A stretch of DNA of 64,000 bases from an uncultured virus (IMG/VR IMGVR_UViG_3300010365_000310). Taxonomy: Duplodnaviria > Heunggongvirae > Uroviricota > Caudoviricetes. The translations under genes and the position numbers were made by a program. The notes below the pieces were generated by a model that was given only the letters and a program-made list of their open reading frames with translations, was not told the DNA's origin and did no database searches. The stretch lies in IMG/VR virus record IMGVR_UViG_3300010365_000310; one strand, written 5' to 3'. Numbering within the stretch: position 1 is the first letter of the stretch; the number at the start of each line of letters is the position of its first letter. Positions 8,894 to 18,244 of the stretch are shown piece after piece.

Positions 8894-10354
8894 ATGCACC
8901 CAATCCAAATAGTTTCGGAGATTTATAGCACCAGTAGCAGGAAGGCTAAAGCCGATATCATCAAAGCTAATCTCGATAATGATAAATTCTTGAGTTTCTT
9001 AAAGTATTCAATGGATGATTCAATGATATACGGAGTATCTGAAAATTCATTTGAAGGCATTCTTGGTAAAGATGAGTTTTACTTTAACGCCATACAGGTT
9101 AAGAATTATGCGGATGCTGGTTTTGTATGGAATGATACGAAACTTGATACTTTCATTAATGAATTAATACCATATTTACTTTCAAAGAGGACCCATTCTA
9201 AAGAGGTCCTTGAAACAATTAAAGAGTTCTTTCAAGATGGACTTAATCAGTTGGAAAGATATTTCTATTACCGATGTATTATCAAAAATTTGTCCATAGC
9301 CATTGGTGGTAAGACGATCAATGAAGCAGTTGGTAAAATACTCATTGAACTTTATCAGCCGATGTTGGCGGATAGCGGTCTTGAGAAATTTGAAAAGTGG
9401 GTTTTTAAAGAAGATCCGATCTACATGGTTGATACAAAGATCAACGGGTTGAGATTGACATTACATATCAACAGAGACGCATCTGATATAATAATTAAAA
9501 CCAGGTCTGGTCAGAGATTTTATTTCTTGGAAGATTATTTCAAAGGAACCTGGTTGAATCAAATTGAAGTTCAAGATCATCTAATGGATGTTGCACAATA
9601 TGAAAGCGTGCTACTTGGTAAGGTTTCGGATGCTAAATGTTTATCAGTTGATGTTGAATTGCAGCACAAGGATAAAACATGGGAATCATCAATTTCAATC
9701 ATCAATAAAGATGATGTTGAAGTTTATGAATTTGCATCTGAAGAACCAAACTTCTATTTACACATATTTGACATTACTACGGAAAAGCCATTTCTACCGG
9801 AAAACTTTGACACCGAGCTTAAAGATGGTTTGGTGTTCGCTGATAGAAGGAAACTTCTTGAAAAGTTTGGTGAGATTTCTAATATCTCCATGAAGTCTTG
9901 TAAACTATTTAAAGTGACTGATATGGTCATAAGCAATGACCTGGTTGATGTAGAAAAATTGGCAAAACTTGCAATAGAAAATGGATTCGAGGGCGCGGTA
10001 GTCAAACATCCTATGTCCTTCTATTCATGCAAACGAATGCCTTGCTGGATAAAAATAAAAGATATCAAGACTTATGATGGAATTATAGTCGAGATATTAC
10101 CAGGTGAGGCGTCTGGTAAGTATGGTAATCTAGCTGGTAAAATTAAAGTTCGGGTCCTTATCGATGATAAAGAACTTATCGGTACTTGTGGATCTGGATT
10201 TAAAGACGACGATCGAAAACTTCTATGGGACAACAAAGAGAAGATGATTGGCGCCCCCGTTGAATTTACCATACTTGGTAAAACGGTTAAGGATAACTTC
10301 CAATCAGGCATCTTTAAGCGTTTCAGAGAAAGGTTCGATATTAACGAGGTGTAG
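8894..10354 (+). CDS. ATP-dependent DNA ligase
   Basis: KINGLR motif I, FDI, EGAVVK, WIKIK, OB domain with CGSGF. Confidence 0.92.
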   Translation: MHPIQIVSEIYSTSSRKAKADIIKANLDNDKFLSFLKYSMDDSMIYGVSENSFEGILGKDEFYFNAIQVKNYADAGFVWNDTKLDTFINELIPYLLSKRTHSKEVLETIKEFFQDGLNQLERYFYYRCIIKNLSIAIGGKTINEAVGKILIELYQPMLADSGLEKFEKWVFKEDPIYMVDTKINGLRLTLHINRDASDIIIKTRSGQRFYFLEDYFKGTWLNQIEVQDHLMDVAQYESVLLGKVSDAKCLSVDVELQHKDKTWESSISIINKDDVEVYEFASEEPNFYLHIFDITTEKPFLPENFDTELKDGLVFADRRKLLEKFGEISNISMKSCKLFKVTDMVISNDLVDVEKLAKLAIENGFEGAVVKHPMSFYSCKRMPCWIKIKDIKTYDGIIVEILPGEASGKYGNLAGKIKVRVLIDDKELIGTCGSGFKDDDRKLLWDNKEKMIGAPVEFTILGKTVKDNFQSGIFKRFRERFDINEV

Positions 10355-10355
10355 A

Positions 10356-10562
10356 ATGTTAAACTATGATGAAGTTGTTAAGAACCCCGATCGCAGAGTC
10401 ATTCTTGAGTATATGAATAAAGAAACTAAAGAATCAATATGTAAGTTAGCATTAACTACGGTAAATTCAAAAGTTCTTTATCTTGAAAAAGAAAAACGAA
10501 GCATCAATCTTGATGAACTTATGGAAACGGCTGACAACATTCTGATCATTCCTATTCAATAA
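10356..10562 (+). CDS. Small hypothetical protein
   Basis: GAGGT before ATG 10356; fills the gap between ligase and beta'. Confidence 0.5.
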   Translation: MLNYDEVVKNPDRRVILEYMNKETKESICKLALTTVNSKVLYLEKEKRSINLDELMETADNILIIPIQ

Positions 10563-10572
10563 GGGAGCTGTT

Positions 10573-11784
10573 ATGAGCATTATTGCCCCATTAAATTTAG
10601 ATAACTTTATAGATAAGCTTTCTCTTAAGGAAGTTACCAACCCGACAATTCTTTCAACTAAAGGGAAGTATGACACTGATGGATTATTCTCAGAAAGCAT
10701 TTTTGGTATGGATAGGTCAAAAGAACGAAGAAAGACTTATGCATACATAAAATTGAATACTAGAATCATTCATCCCTTGTTATATCAAATTCTCAAAAAG
10801 ATTGAAAGAAAGATCATTGATTTAATAGAAGGGGAAACTCTTTATATCAATGAACAAGATGGTTCTCTTTCAAAAGATAAAGCAGACGGATATAAAGAAA
10901 TATCTGGATTTGATGGGGCGATTTATGCTCTTACTCATGGTGTATTCTTTAGAGGTGATACTGATGTTAGAGATAAGTTGGTAGTCAAACTAAAAGAATA
11001 TATTAAGAGTGGCCTAATGTTTCTAGATAAGATGATTGTGATACCACCAGATTTCAGACCAGCTCAAATTAGTGAAACAGGTGAGTTGATTGGCGTTGAT
11101 GAAGTTAACTCAATATACATCAAATTAATCAATCTCACCAAGAAAGTTAAACTAACTGAAAACAATGATGCTAATGGTGTAATAAGTGAATCATCATACA
11201 TCAGAAGAGATATTCAAAATTTAGTAGTTGAATTATTTGATTATGCAAAAATGAGAACTGGTAAAAAGAGCGGAATCAATCGAGCCAACCTTTTGGGTAA
11301 ACGCGTAGACTTCTCTGGTAGAACGGTCATTACGGCTGGATACGACCTGCCTTTAGGTATGGCTGGTGTTCCATATAGAATTCTAGCAAACATCTGTGAA
11401 CCATTCTTGATCCATCATTTCTATAAAGAATTAGCAGAAGGCAGTAAAGAATATGAAACATTCATGACGATATTGGAAAAGAATGATTTTCATAAAAGTT
11501 TAAATGTTTTGATATTGACAAACTTCCTAAGAGATCTATCCGATGGTGCTGTTAAGCTTTCTAAAGATGAAGAGCTTTTTATCATGGATGTTTTTCAAAG
11601 AATACTCAATGAAAAGTATGTTTTATTGAAAAGAGATCCATCGTTTCATAAAGGTAGCTGGCAAGCATATAGGATCAAGGTGGAGAATCAGGTTGCTATT
11701 CGATTGAACACCACTAGCACAGTTCTCCATAATGCCGATTTTGACGGCGATTGTTGTTTTTCTAAGATACGACTGCGATATTAA
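10573..11784 (+). CDS. rpoC: RNAP beta' paralog 1, N-terminal part, fused to a 10-aa split-intein N-fragment
   Basis: DGLFSESIFG, VIPPDFRP, NLLGKRVDFSGRTVI, LKRDPSFH, NADFDGD (11731-11751), then CCFSKIRLRY-stop. Confidence 0.93.
   Translation: MSIIAPLNLDNFIDKLSLKEVTNPTILSTKGKYDTDGLFSESIFGMDRSKERRKTYAYIKLNTRIIHPLLYQILKKIERKIIDLIEGETLYINEQDGSLSKDKADGYKEISGFDGAIYALTHGVFFRGDTDVRDKLVVKLKEYIKSGLMFLDKMIVIPPDFRPAQISETGELIGVDEVNSIYIKLINLTKKVKLTENNDANGVISESSYIRRDIQNLVVELFDYAKMRTGKKSGINRANLLGKRVDFSGRTVITAGYDLPLGMAGVPYRILANICEPFLIHHFYKELAEGSKEYETFMTILEKNDFHKSLNVLILTNFLRDLSDGAVKLSKDEELFIMDVFQRILNEKYVLLKRDPSFHKGSWQAYRIKVENQVAIRLNTTSTVLHNADFDGDCCFSKIRLRY
11752..11781 (+). mobile_element. Split intein 1, N-fragment (CCFSKIRLRY)
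   Basis: Cys directly after NADFDGD; positionally equivalent to SVIGAVELNI of IntN-2. Confidence 0.8.
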
Positions 11785-11916
11785 ATTGGTATACAGTCAC
11801 AATCATAATACAAGTTCTGGGCATTTAATGATGTTGTTTCTTTAGATGACGCAAAGTCTAAAACTCCGTTATGCATCATCTGCCAAAAAGAATATGCCAG
11901 ACCAAGTCATAATGGT

Positions 11917-13188
11917 ATGGAAACGTGTTCAAATAAAGAGTGCATCAAAACTAATACCAACAAGAAGAAAACTGTTGTTAGATCAAAACAACTATCAATA
12001 ATGCAAAGTAAAACTATTGATGAGTTGCTAAGCATATATAGTAATCGAACAACAAAGAAAACACCATTCGGATGGTTAACATGGATACACCCTCACTATT
12101 TAAAATTTGCTAAAGAAATATACACACAAGAAGATATAGAATTTTTTGGCCAATCCAGGTTGGAAGTTTTATATAAGTATTGGGCTAATTTAAATATTAA
12201 AAATGTGGATGATGCGAAGAAGACAATACCCATGTGCTCGTATTGTAATATTAAACCTAGAGCTCCAAGAATCGTGGGGGATGTCATTTTAGATTCTTGT
12301 GCATCTGCCGAATGTTTAAATAAAAATCACATCGATTCCACCAAAAGATCAATGAAAAATAAGTATGGTGTGGAGAATATAAGTTCTTTGGAGAGTATGA
12401 AAATATATAGAAGCGAGATCATGAAAAGGAATCATGAAAACTTTGGGGATATTACAGAATTGAAGCGCAAAGAATGTGTAAAAGCTAAATACGGTGTTGA
12501 TAATGTTTCACAGATTGAAGCAATTAAAGAAAAAAAGATTGATTCTTTTCAAGAACATTATGGCAAGGATAACATTTTTCAGAGATCTGACCTAATGAAA
12601 GAATATTGGTTAAATGCCCTGGGAGTTGAAAACCCAAAGTTCAAATCTGAAATTAATATTAAGCGATGCTTAAACTTAATACCAGCCTTAATTGAATCCG
12701 TTGGTGAATACCATATGATTAATGGCAAAAGGTTTGGTATTATGGAACCAACCGAACTTCATTTATTGAGAGCATTAGTTGATTATGTCAAAGTGGATGT
12801 CATCGAAACTAATTCAACGGTATTTGAGAAAATGATTTTGGGAAAATCTAGAGCTTATATACCAGATCTAGTTATCGATAATAAAATCATCATTGAATGC
12901 AAATCTTGCGGTTTCGTCGATGAATATAGATTGCGAGAGATGTATGACCTTATAGGTGATCCCGATAAGATTTTAATTACATTTTCTAGTCATAAAGATG
13001 AATTAGCATGGTTAGTATATAAAGATGGTATCATTGACCGAGTGCATTATGAAAGTATTAGGTCAAAAAGATATCTTTTAAAAAGCTTAAAAGTTTTTAA
13101 GAGTGATAGTGTCATAACGGATCTTTTAAACTATATAATTATGAACATATCATATTCAGCATTATTAGAGAATGCGATCTCTATATAA
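11917..13188 (+). CDS. Free-standing putative homing endonuclease (Zn-finger repeats, YGV-N repeats, PD-(D/E)xK nuclease), possibly 5'-truncated
   Basis: KYGVENIS/KYGVDNVS/HYGKDNIF repeats; YIPDLVIDNKIIIECK nuclease motif; lies between the two halves of a fractured gene. Confidence 0.75.
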   Translation: METCSNKECIKTNTNKKKTVVRSKQLSIMQSKTIDELLSIYSNRTTKKTPFGWLTWIHPHYLKFAKEIYTQEDIEFFGQSRLEVLYKYWANLNIKNVDDAKKTIPMCSYCNIKPRAPRIVGDVILDSCASAECLNKNHIDSTKRSMKNKYGVENISSLESMKIYRSEIMKRNHENFGDITELKRKECVKAKYGVDNVSQIEAIKEKKIDSFQEHYGKDNIFQRSDLMKEYWLNALGVENPKFKSEINIKRCLNLIPALIESVGEYHMINGKRFGIMEPTELHLLRALVDYVKVDVIETNSTVFEKMILGKSRAYIPDLVIDNKIIIECKSCGFVDEYRLREMYDLIGDPDKILITFSSHKDELAWLVYKDGIIDRVHYESIRSKRYLLKSLKVFKSDSVITDLLNYIIMNISYSALLENAISI

Positions 13189-13199
13189 AGGACACCAGA

Positions 13200-13691
13200 A
13201 TGAAGTATTCAAAAGAAGAAGTCTTACACATTCAAGATTTAATTTCTAGATCAGATCTTTTTGAATTCACCGAAGAAAAGAATGGCATCCAAAAGTATAA
13301 ACCAATGAAAGATATCTTTATACAAGCCATATCTTTAGAAGATGGCAACACTGATTGGAAAAAGATAACTGAATATTCAGTCCACCCCAATCTTACTATG
13401 TATTCGGTTGAAGATGCATTTGAGAATCGATTTGAAAAATTCTGGGTATCAGATGATCATAGTTTAATTGTATTTGATGAATTGGATGAAGCGTACCTTA
13501 AAATTACGCCAGAAGAAATACTAAATGATTTTTATCGATATTCGTTGGTTCAAATCGTTAATGGCGAGAAAAGATATATTCCATGCGAAGAAATAGAACT
13601 AAAGATTGACCCCGAGAAAACAACGGGTTATGATTTTACCGTTGAAGATTATTATACTTTTGCAACACATGATGGAGTTTTTGTACAAGAT
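13200..13691 (+). mobile_element. Split intein 1, C-fragment (164 aa)
   Basis: Block B WVSDDHSLI, block F GYDFTVEDYYTF, block G GVFVQD followed by Thr +1. Confidence 0.88.
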
Positions 13692-15755
13692 ACTATGGCC
13701 GTATACTTTCCGATTACGATGGAAGGTCAGAAGGATGCTGAGACATTAATGTATATACCAGAAGGCAGTGTCAATACACATCAGTCATCTATTGATATAA
13801 AACATGAATATGTTTTATCATCATATACCATGACTAAGATGCCAACTAAATTTGAATTACCTGATATAGGTATAATCAAGCTTGATGATGTTAGAAAAAA
13901 TTCATTAATGGATTTTGCTATAAAGAATCATATTTATCAAACGGCAACTGTTATATTAGATAATGGTGCTAAATTAAAAACTACGGTTGGTAGAATCACC
14001 TTTAATGCAATATTTCCAAAAGAATTCTTATTGAAATATCATAAGGGTTTTATCGAAACTGCTGTTGATTCTAAATTTATGGCCGGCGATATATTACAGA
14101 ATCTTTTTGAGATGTATCAGAAGTTTGATTATGCTGATATCATATATCGAATGGTTGAAGCATTAAGAAAATACATAACTGTATATCCATCTAGCATGGT
14201 TCTAAGTGAACTACTACAAGCTTCCATGTTTGATGATCTTAAAAAGAAACTTAGAGAAGCAAAGTCAATGCCGGAGAAACAAGCGATTATTGATCAAATA
14301 GAAAACAAGATCAAAAAAGAAATAGCAGATAAGATGCCTATGTTAAATGATATCATAGCATCTGGATCAAGAGGTAAGCCAAATCAATTAAGACAGATGA
14401 TTGTTTCTAAGGGTATTCTTCAAGATGCTCAAGGTAATCTGTTATATATTGATGAGTCGTATATTGATGGACTAAGTCCTATTTCTACATTCATGGGTGG
14501 CTTCGGTGGACGCAAAGGTATTATGGATAGATCTCGTCAAACCGCGACCACTGGATATCTTTATAGAAAGCTAATCTACGCATTAGCAAGTGTCATCTTT
14601 AATGAAGATGTTGATGATTGCGGAACAACTAAAACCGTCATGTGTAAACTTACCAAAAAGAATGCTAAACTTCTTGATGGTAGATTTATAATGGATGGCA
14701 AAAAGAAAGTTCTTTTGAATGCTAAAACGATTGGTGAGTTCATGGATACAACCATAAATCTAAGAACTCCAATATATTGCAAAACCCATAAGCTTTGTAA
14801 AACCTGCTATGGTGATTTGATGCACTTTTATCACAGTAAGTTCATAGGAATTATAGCAGCTCAATCCATGGGTGAACGCGCTTCTCAAGAAATGATGAAA
14901 ACGTTTCATACGGGTGGATCTACTAATGTTGAAATTCCAAACCTTTTTGAACAGATGGCCCACAATAATCCTTTGATTAAAGAATCTGATTTGATGAATT
15001 ATTTCATTCAAGAAGGTACGAAGTTTAAGCTTAAAAATAATTACAATGTTAAAATGGTTTTAAAACAGAGTGATTATTTGAAAGTGAATATGACTTCGTT
15101 TACGGTTATGGATGATGAACGTTCAGCGTTTATAGTTGAGAATATGAAGATTGAAGGAACTCAACTAGCTAGAGCGTTTCATACCAAACCATTCTCAGCG
15201 GAAATAACCATTTATAATGTATCGGAGGAATTATATACTTTTGATGCAATTATAGATGATGGTGTCTTTTTAGCTATTGATTATTTCGATGTTGACGAAT
15301 ATAAAAATGATGAAGGTGTAAAAGTAATTGAATTAAAGAATCGAGATAATGAATTACCATTCTTATTCAATGTTGAGTTATCTTCAAGCGATATGACCGT
15401 AATCATGCAAACGGTTCTTAATATCATTGAGCGCAAGAATATCATGAAGCACCCTGAAGTAGCATTCAATAAACTATCTTTAATTTATGGTGATGATTTT
15501 GGTATTGCTTACAATCATATTGAAATTTTGATATCTCAGATTTTTAGAAATAAAGCCAAACCTGAATTACCAGCACGGTTGGTTGATCCCTATGATGCTC
15601 AAGTTTACAGCATTAAAAATATTGCACACTTGGAATCATTTGTATCTGGTATGCTTTTTGAAAATATGAGTAAATCATTACAGAATGGTTTAATCAATGA
15701 TTCCACTATACAAAACCCTCTTGAGAAATTATTATCGGATGATTTGGAATTTTAA
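13200..15755 (+). CDS. rpoC: Split-intein C-fragment fused to RNAP beta' paralog 1 C-terminal part
   Basis: Own SD AAGGA (13188-13192); extein starts TMAVYFP; TTVGR, SGSRG, bridge helix GRKG...TATTGYLYRKL, Zn site, trigger loop AAQSMGE...KTFHTGG. Confidence 0.93.
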   Translation: MKYSKEEVLHIQDLISRSDLFEFTEEKNGIQKYKPMKDIFIQAISLEDGNTDWKKITEYSVHPNLTMYSVEDAFENRFEKFWVSDDHSLIVFDELDEAYLKITPEEILNDFYRYSLVQIVNGEKRYIPCEEIELKIDPEKTTGYDFTVEDYYTFATHDGVFVQDTMAVYFPITMEGQKDAETLMYIPEGSVNTHQSSIDIKHEYVLSSYTMTKMPTKFELPDIGIIKLDDVRKNSLMDFAIKNHIYQTATVILDNGAKLKTTVGRITFNAIFPKEFLLKYHKGFIETAVDSKFMAGDILQNLFEMYQKFDYADIIYRMVEALRKYITVYPSSMVLSELLQASMFDDLKKKLREAKSMPEKQAIIDQIENKIKKEIADKMPMLNDIIASGSRGKPNQLRQMIVSKGILQDAQGNLLYIDESYIDGLSPISTFMGGFGGRKGIMDRSRQTATTGYLYRKLIYALASVIFNEDVDDCGTTKTVMCKLTKKNAKLLDGRFIMDGKKKVLLNAKTIGEFMDTTINLRTPIYCKTHKLCKTCYGDLMHFYHSKFIGIIAAQSMGERASQEMMKTFHTGGSTNVEIPNLFEQMAHNNPLIKESDLMNYFIQEGTKFKLKNNYNVKMVLKQSDYLKVNMTSFTVMDDERSAFIVENMKIEGTQLARAFHTKPFSAEITIYNVSEELYTFDAIIDDGVFLAIDYFDVDEYKNDEGVKVIELKNRDNELPFLFNVELSSSDMTVIMQTVLNIIERKNIMKHPEVAFNKLSLIYGDDFGIAYNHIEILISQIFRNKAKPELPARLVDPYDAQVYSIKNIAHLESFVSGMLFENMSKSLQNGLINDSTIQNPLEKLLSDDLEF

Positions 15756-15770
15756 TAGGAGAATTACTTA

Positions 15771-16265
15771 ATGGACCGTTTGGATAAGTTTCTTTTTCTT
15801 TTTGGTATTGCACTAATGTTTACTTTTTTCTACCCTTCATATTTATGTCTAATGTGTATATATGGCACAATACTCATAATTGGTGGGATAATGACAAAAT
15901 CTTTTATGCCAGTAACCATTGGAGTGATTTCCTTTGTACCGTATTTAATGCCTCAGTTTAAATTGATGTCTTTGATTTTTGGTATTATGACATCATTAGC
16001 AGCTCTCGGCGCAAAAGGCGAAACACACGCAAGAACCGGAGAATCGGAAAAGTTATATATTGAAAGAGTTGTATTCGGTGAGATGGTTCTGTTTGAATTG
16101 TATACCCAAAACGAAAAGAAATATTGCATCGTTGAAAAGATAACAACCAAAGAACTTTATACAATTGAAGATTTTAATATTTATCATGAATCATTGTGCA
16201 AAGCATTAGATAAAGTTCACAATATCATGGAAGAAGATAAATCAGTTATTTGCATTTGGAAATGA
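15771..16265 (+). CDS. Membrane protein
   Basis: AGGAG RBS; hydrophobic N-terminal ~80 aa. Confidence 0.6.
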   Translation: MDRLDKFLFLFGIALMFTFFYPSYLCLMCIYGTILIIGGIMTKSFMPVTIGVISFVPYLMPQFKLMSLIFGIMTSLAALGAKGETHARTGESEKLYIERVVFGEMVLFELYTQNEKKYCIVEKITTKELYTIEDFNIYHESLCKALDKVHNIMEEDKSVICIWK

Positions 16266-16504
16266 GGAGAACTGCCATGTTTGAATTCGTGAAGTATGAT
16301 GCTGAAGACTTTTGCTCTATCGTTAGGGATAAAGAAGGATGGGCCGTGGGTGAACAAGCAGAATGCATTTTTCTCAATGATGAACCTTTGGAGGAACAGA
16401 ATCCAAATGCGTTAAAAGCAATTTCAGATCTTGCTAAATATAAAGGTGAACCTTTGATACATAAAGCAATAGAAGATTATTTAAATAACGTTCAGGAGAA
16501 TTAA
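16250..16504 (+). CDS. Small hypothetical protein
   Basis: ORF track; GAGGAG suggests the internal ATG is the real start. Confidence 0.5.
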   Translation: MHLEMRRTAMFEFVKYDAEDFCSIVRDKEGWAVGEQAECIFLNDEPLEEQNPNALKAISDLAKYKGEPLIHKAIEDYLNNVQEN

Positions 16505-16507
16505 CCC

Positions 16508-18244
16508 ATGTGCGGAATATTTGCGTTCTTTAATATGGATTCAGGTATTAAAATACCATATGAACTAATTAAGACTGTAGCCATTGAAGCCCAAAAAAGA
16601 GGCAGAGATGGTTATGGTTACATGATCAATGATGCACTTTATAAAGAATCATCATCCGATACTTTTGAAATGTTTAATGTTCGAATCGGTAGACAATCCT
16701 TTGGTATGGTTAATTGCAGGGCTAAACCTGAAACCGAACAGGCCACAACCAAAATCAATATGCAACCAATTTCTTATGTTGATATGTTCAACAATAAAGA
16801 ATACTTGGTGCATAATGGTGCAGTATCGGAAAGCTACAAAGATGAGATGTTTAAAAAGCATTCATGGAAGCCCATCACTAAAATAGATAGTGAAGCTTTG
16901 CTTTGTATGTGTGTACATGAAGGTGTTGATGCTAACACTCTTTCAAAGATTAATGGTGGTTTTGCATTCATTCATATGAAAGTATTTGAAGGTAAATTGC
17001 AAAAGGTGAGTGTTGCTTGCAAATACCAACCATTGTATGCATTGGAAGTAGCAAGCCCTGCTGGTAGTGTAATATTCTATCACAGTCTCAAAAGTGGTAT
17101 TGACATTCTTAAGAAATACTATGAAGCCGGGGAATACTTTATTAATGAATATGAATTCCCTGAATATGCTTTTGAAACATTTGACTTAGTTAATGGTACT
17201 CGAGATAAAGGAACATTCGAACCATATTTTGAATATCCTAATAAAGCTAAGACCAATAAGAAAGTTAAAGTATTATGCGCATGCTCTGGTGGTATTGACT
17301 CTACCACTAGTTTGATTATGGCTCATAAGCTTTTGGAAAAAACTAAAGTTCCGTTTGATATAGATCTGGTCCATTTTAAATATGGCCATAGAGGTCAGAC
17401 GGCCGAAATTAACGCGGTTCGAGATATAGTTGAATGGTTAGAGCATAGTGATATCAAAGTCAACCTTAAGGTTGTTGATCTTGAAGACATTTACAAATAC
17501 GTTTTTAATGTTCAAAGAAGTCAATTAATCAATCCAAACTTAGTTGTAGAAACTGGAACGCAGGATAAGTTAAAATCAACTGTGGCTTGGGTTCCGGTTA
17601 GAAATATGCTTTTTCAAACTATTATGATTGGTTTAGCTGAGACTTATATTCTTGAAGAAGGATATAAGAAAGCTTATATAGTTGCTGGTTGGAACCAACT
17701 ATCAGAAGAAGGATTCTACCCGGATAACTCAAGCAGGTTTGCTAATACAATGTTAAAAGCTGCTAAATTCGGAACACTGGTTGGCAATCAAATTAAACCA
17801 TGGAATATATGTAGCCAATTACTTAAAAGCGATCAGTGGTTGTTGGCTGAGGTATTCAAATTCATTGAAGTCTTTAAATACACAATATCTTGTGATATAC
17901 CAGTTCTTGATGGCCCCGCATTCTATAATTGCAATGGACAATGTGGATCTACTTTATTAAGTATGTGGGCAGCCAAAAGGTATAAAGGTATCAAAGATCC
18001 AAGACAATTCAGGGATGCTAGTGTAACCATAAGCAAAGATAAGATGTATACATCTCCAATTGAAGAAGAATTGGAAATAACCCGAGATGTAATAACTCAA
18101 ACCATCAATAGAATTATTAAACCAGATGAAGTCACCTACAATTTACACAAGATCTTTCAGACGAACATTCTGGAGACCATTAATAATGCCCGAAACAATG
18201 CAGTCGAATATATACCTGATGGAGATGTTGAAAAGGTTTTATGA
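16508..18244 (+). CDS. Gat-QueC fusion (Ntn glutamine amidotransferase + QueC)
   Basis: MCGIF start, RGRDG, QPI, HNG, IDSE; then CSGGIDST, YGHR, VPVRN, YPDN, TISC. Confidence 0.9.
   Translation: MCGIFAFFNMDSGIKIPYELIKTVAIEAQKRGRDGYGYMINDALYKESSSDTFEMFNVRIGRQSFGMVNCRAKPETEQATTKINMQPISYVDMFNNKEYLVHNGAVSESYKDEMFKKHSWKPITKIDSEALLCMCVHEGVDANTLSKINGGFAFIHMKVFEGKLQKVSVACKYQPLYALEVASPAGSVIFYHSLKSGIDILKKYYEAGEYFINEYEFPEYAFETFDLVNGTRDKGTFEPYFEYPNKAKTNKKVKVLCACSGGIDSTTSLIMAHKLLEKTKVPFDIDLVHFKYGHRGQTAEINAVRDIVEWLEHSDIKVNLKVVDLEDIYKYVFNVQRSQLINPNLVVETGTQDKLKSTVAWVPVRNMLFQTIMIGLAETYILEEGYKKAYIVAGWNQLSEEGFYPDNSSRFANTMLKAAKFGTLVGNQIKPWNICSQLLKSDQWLLAEVFKFIEVFKYTISCDIPVLDGPAFYNCNGQCGSTLLSMWAAKRYKGIKDPRQFRDASVTISKDKMYTSPIEEELEITRDVITQTINRIIKPDEVTYNLHKIFQTNILETINNARNNAVEYIPDGDVEKVL

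Noticed and set aside
11782..13199. Group I intron joining the beta'-1 halves at RNA level
   Set aside because: There is almost no non-coding room for a ribozyme core and I recognise no P7/R/S elements. The downstream ORF has its own SD, and locus 2 shows the same break with unrelated genes in between. Not formally excluded without a covariance-model search.
13686..13691. Reading the inteins as ending in Gln with Asp as +1
   Set aside because: The +1 residue must be Cys/Ser/Thr, and this reading would put an extra Asp after NADFDGD; the Asp-terminal reading restores the exact conserved spacing.
10573..15755. Beta' genes as pseudogenes or assembly errors
   Set aside because: The same break point and complementary intein fragments occur at two independent loci, and all catalytic, bridge-helix and trigger-loop motifs are intact.
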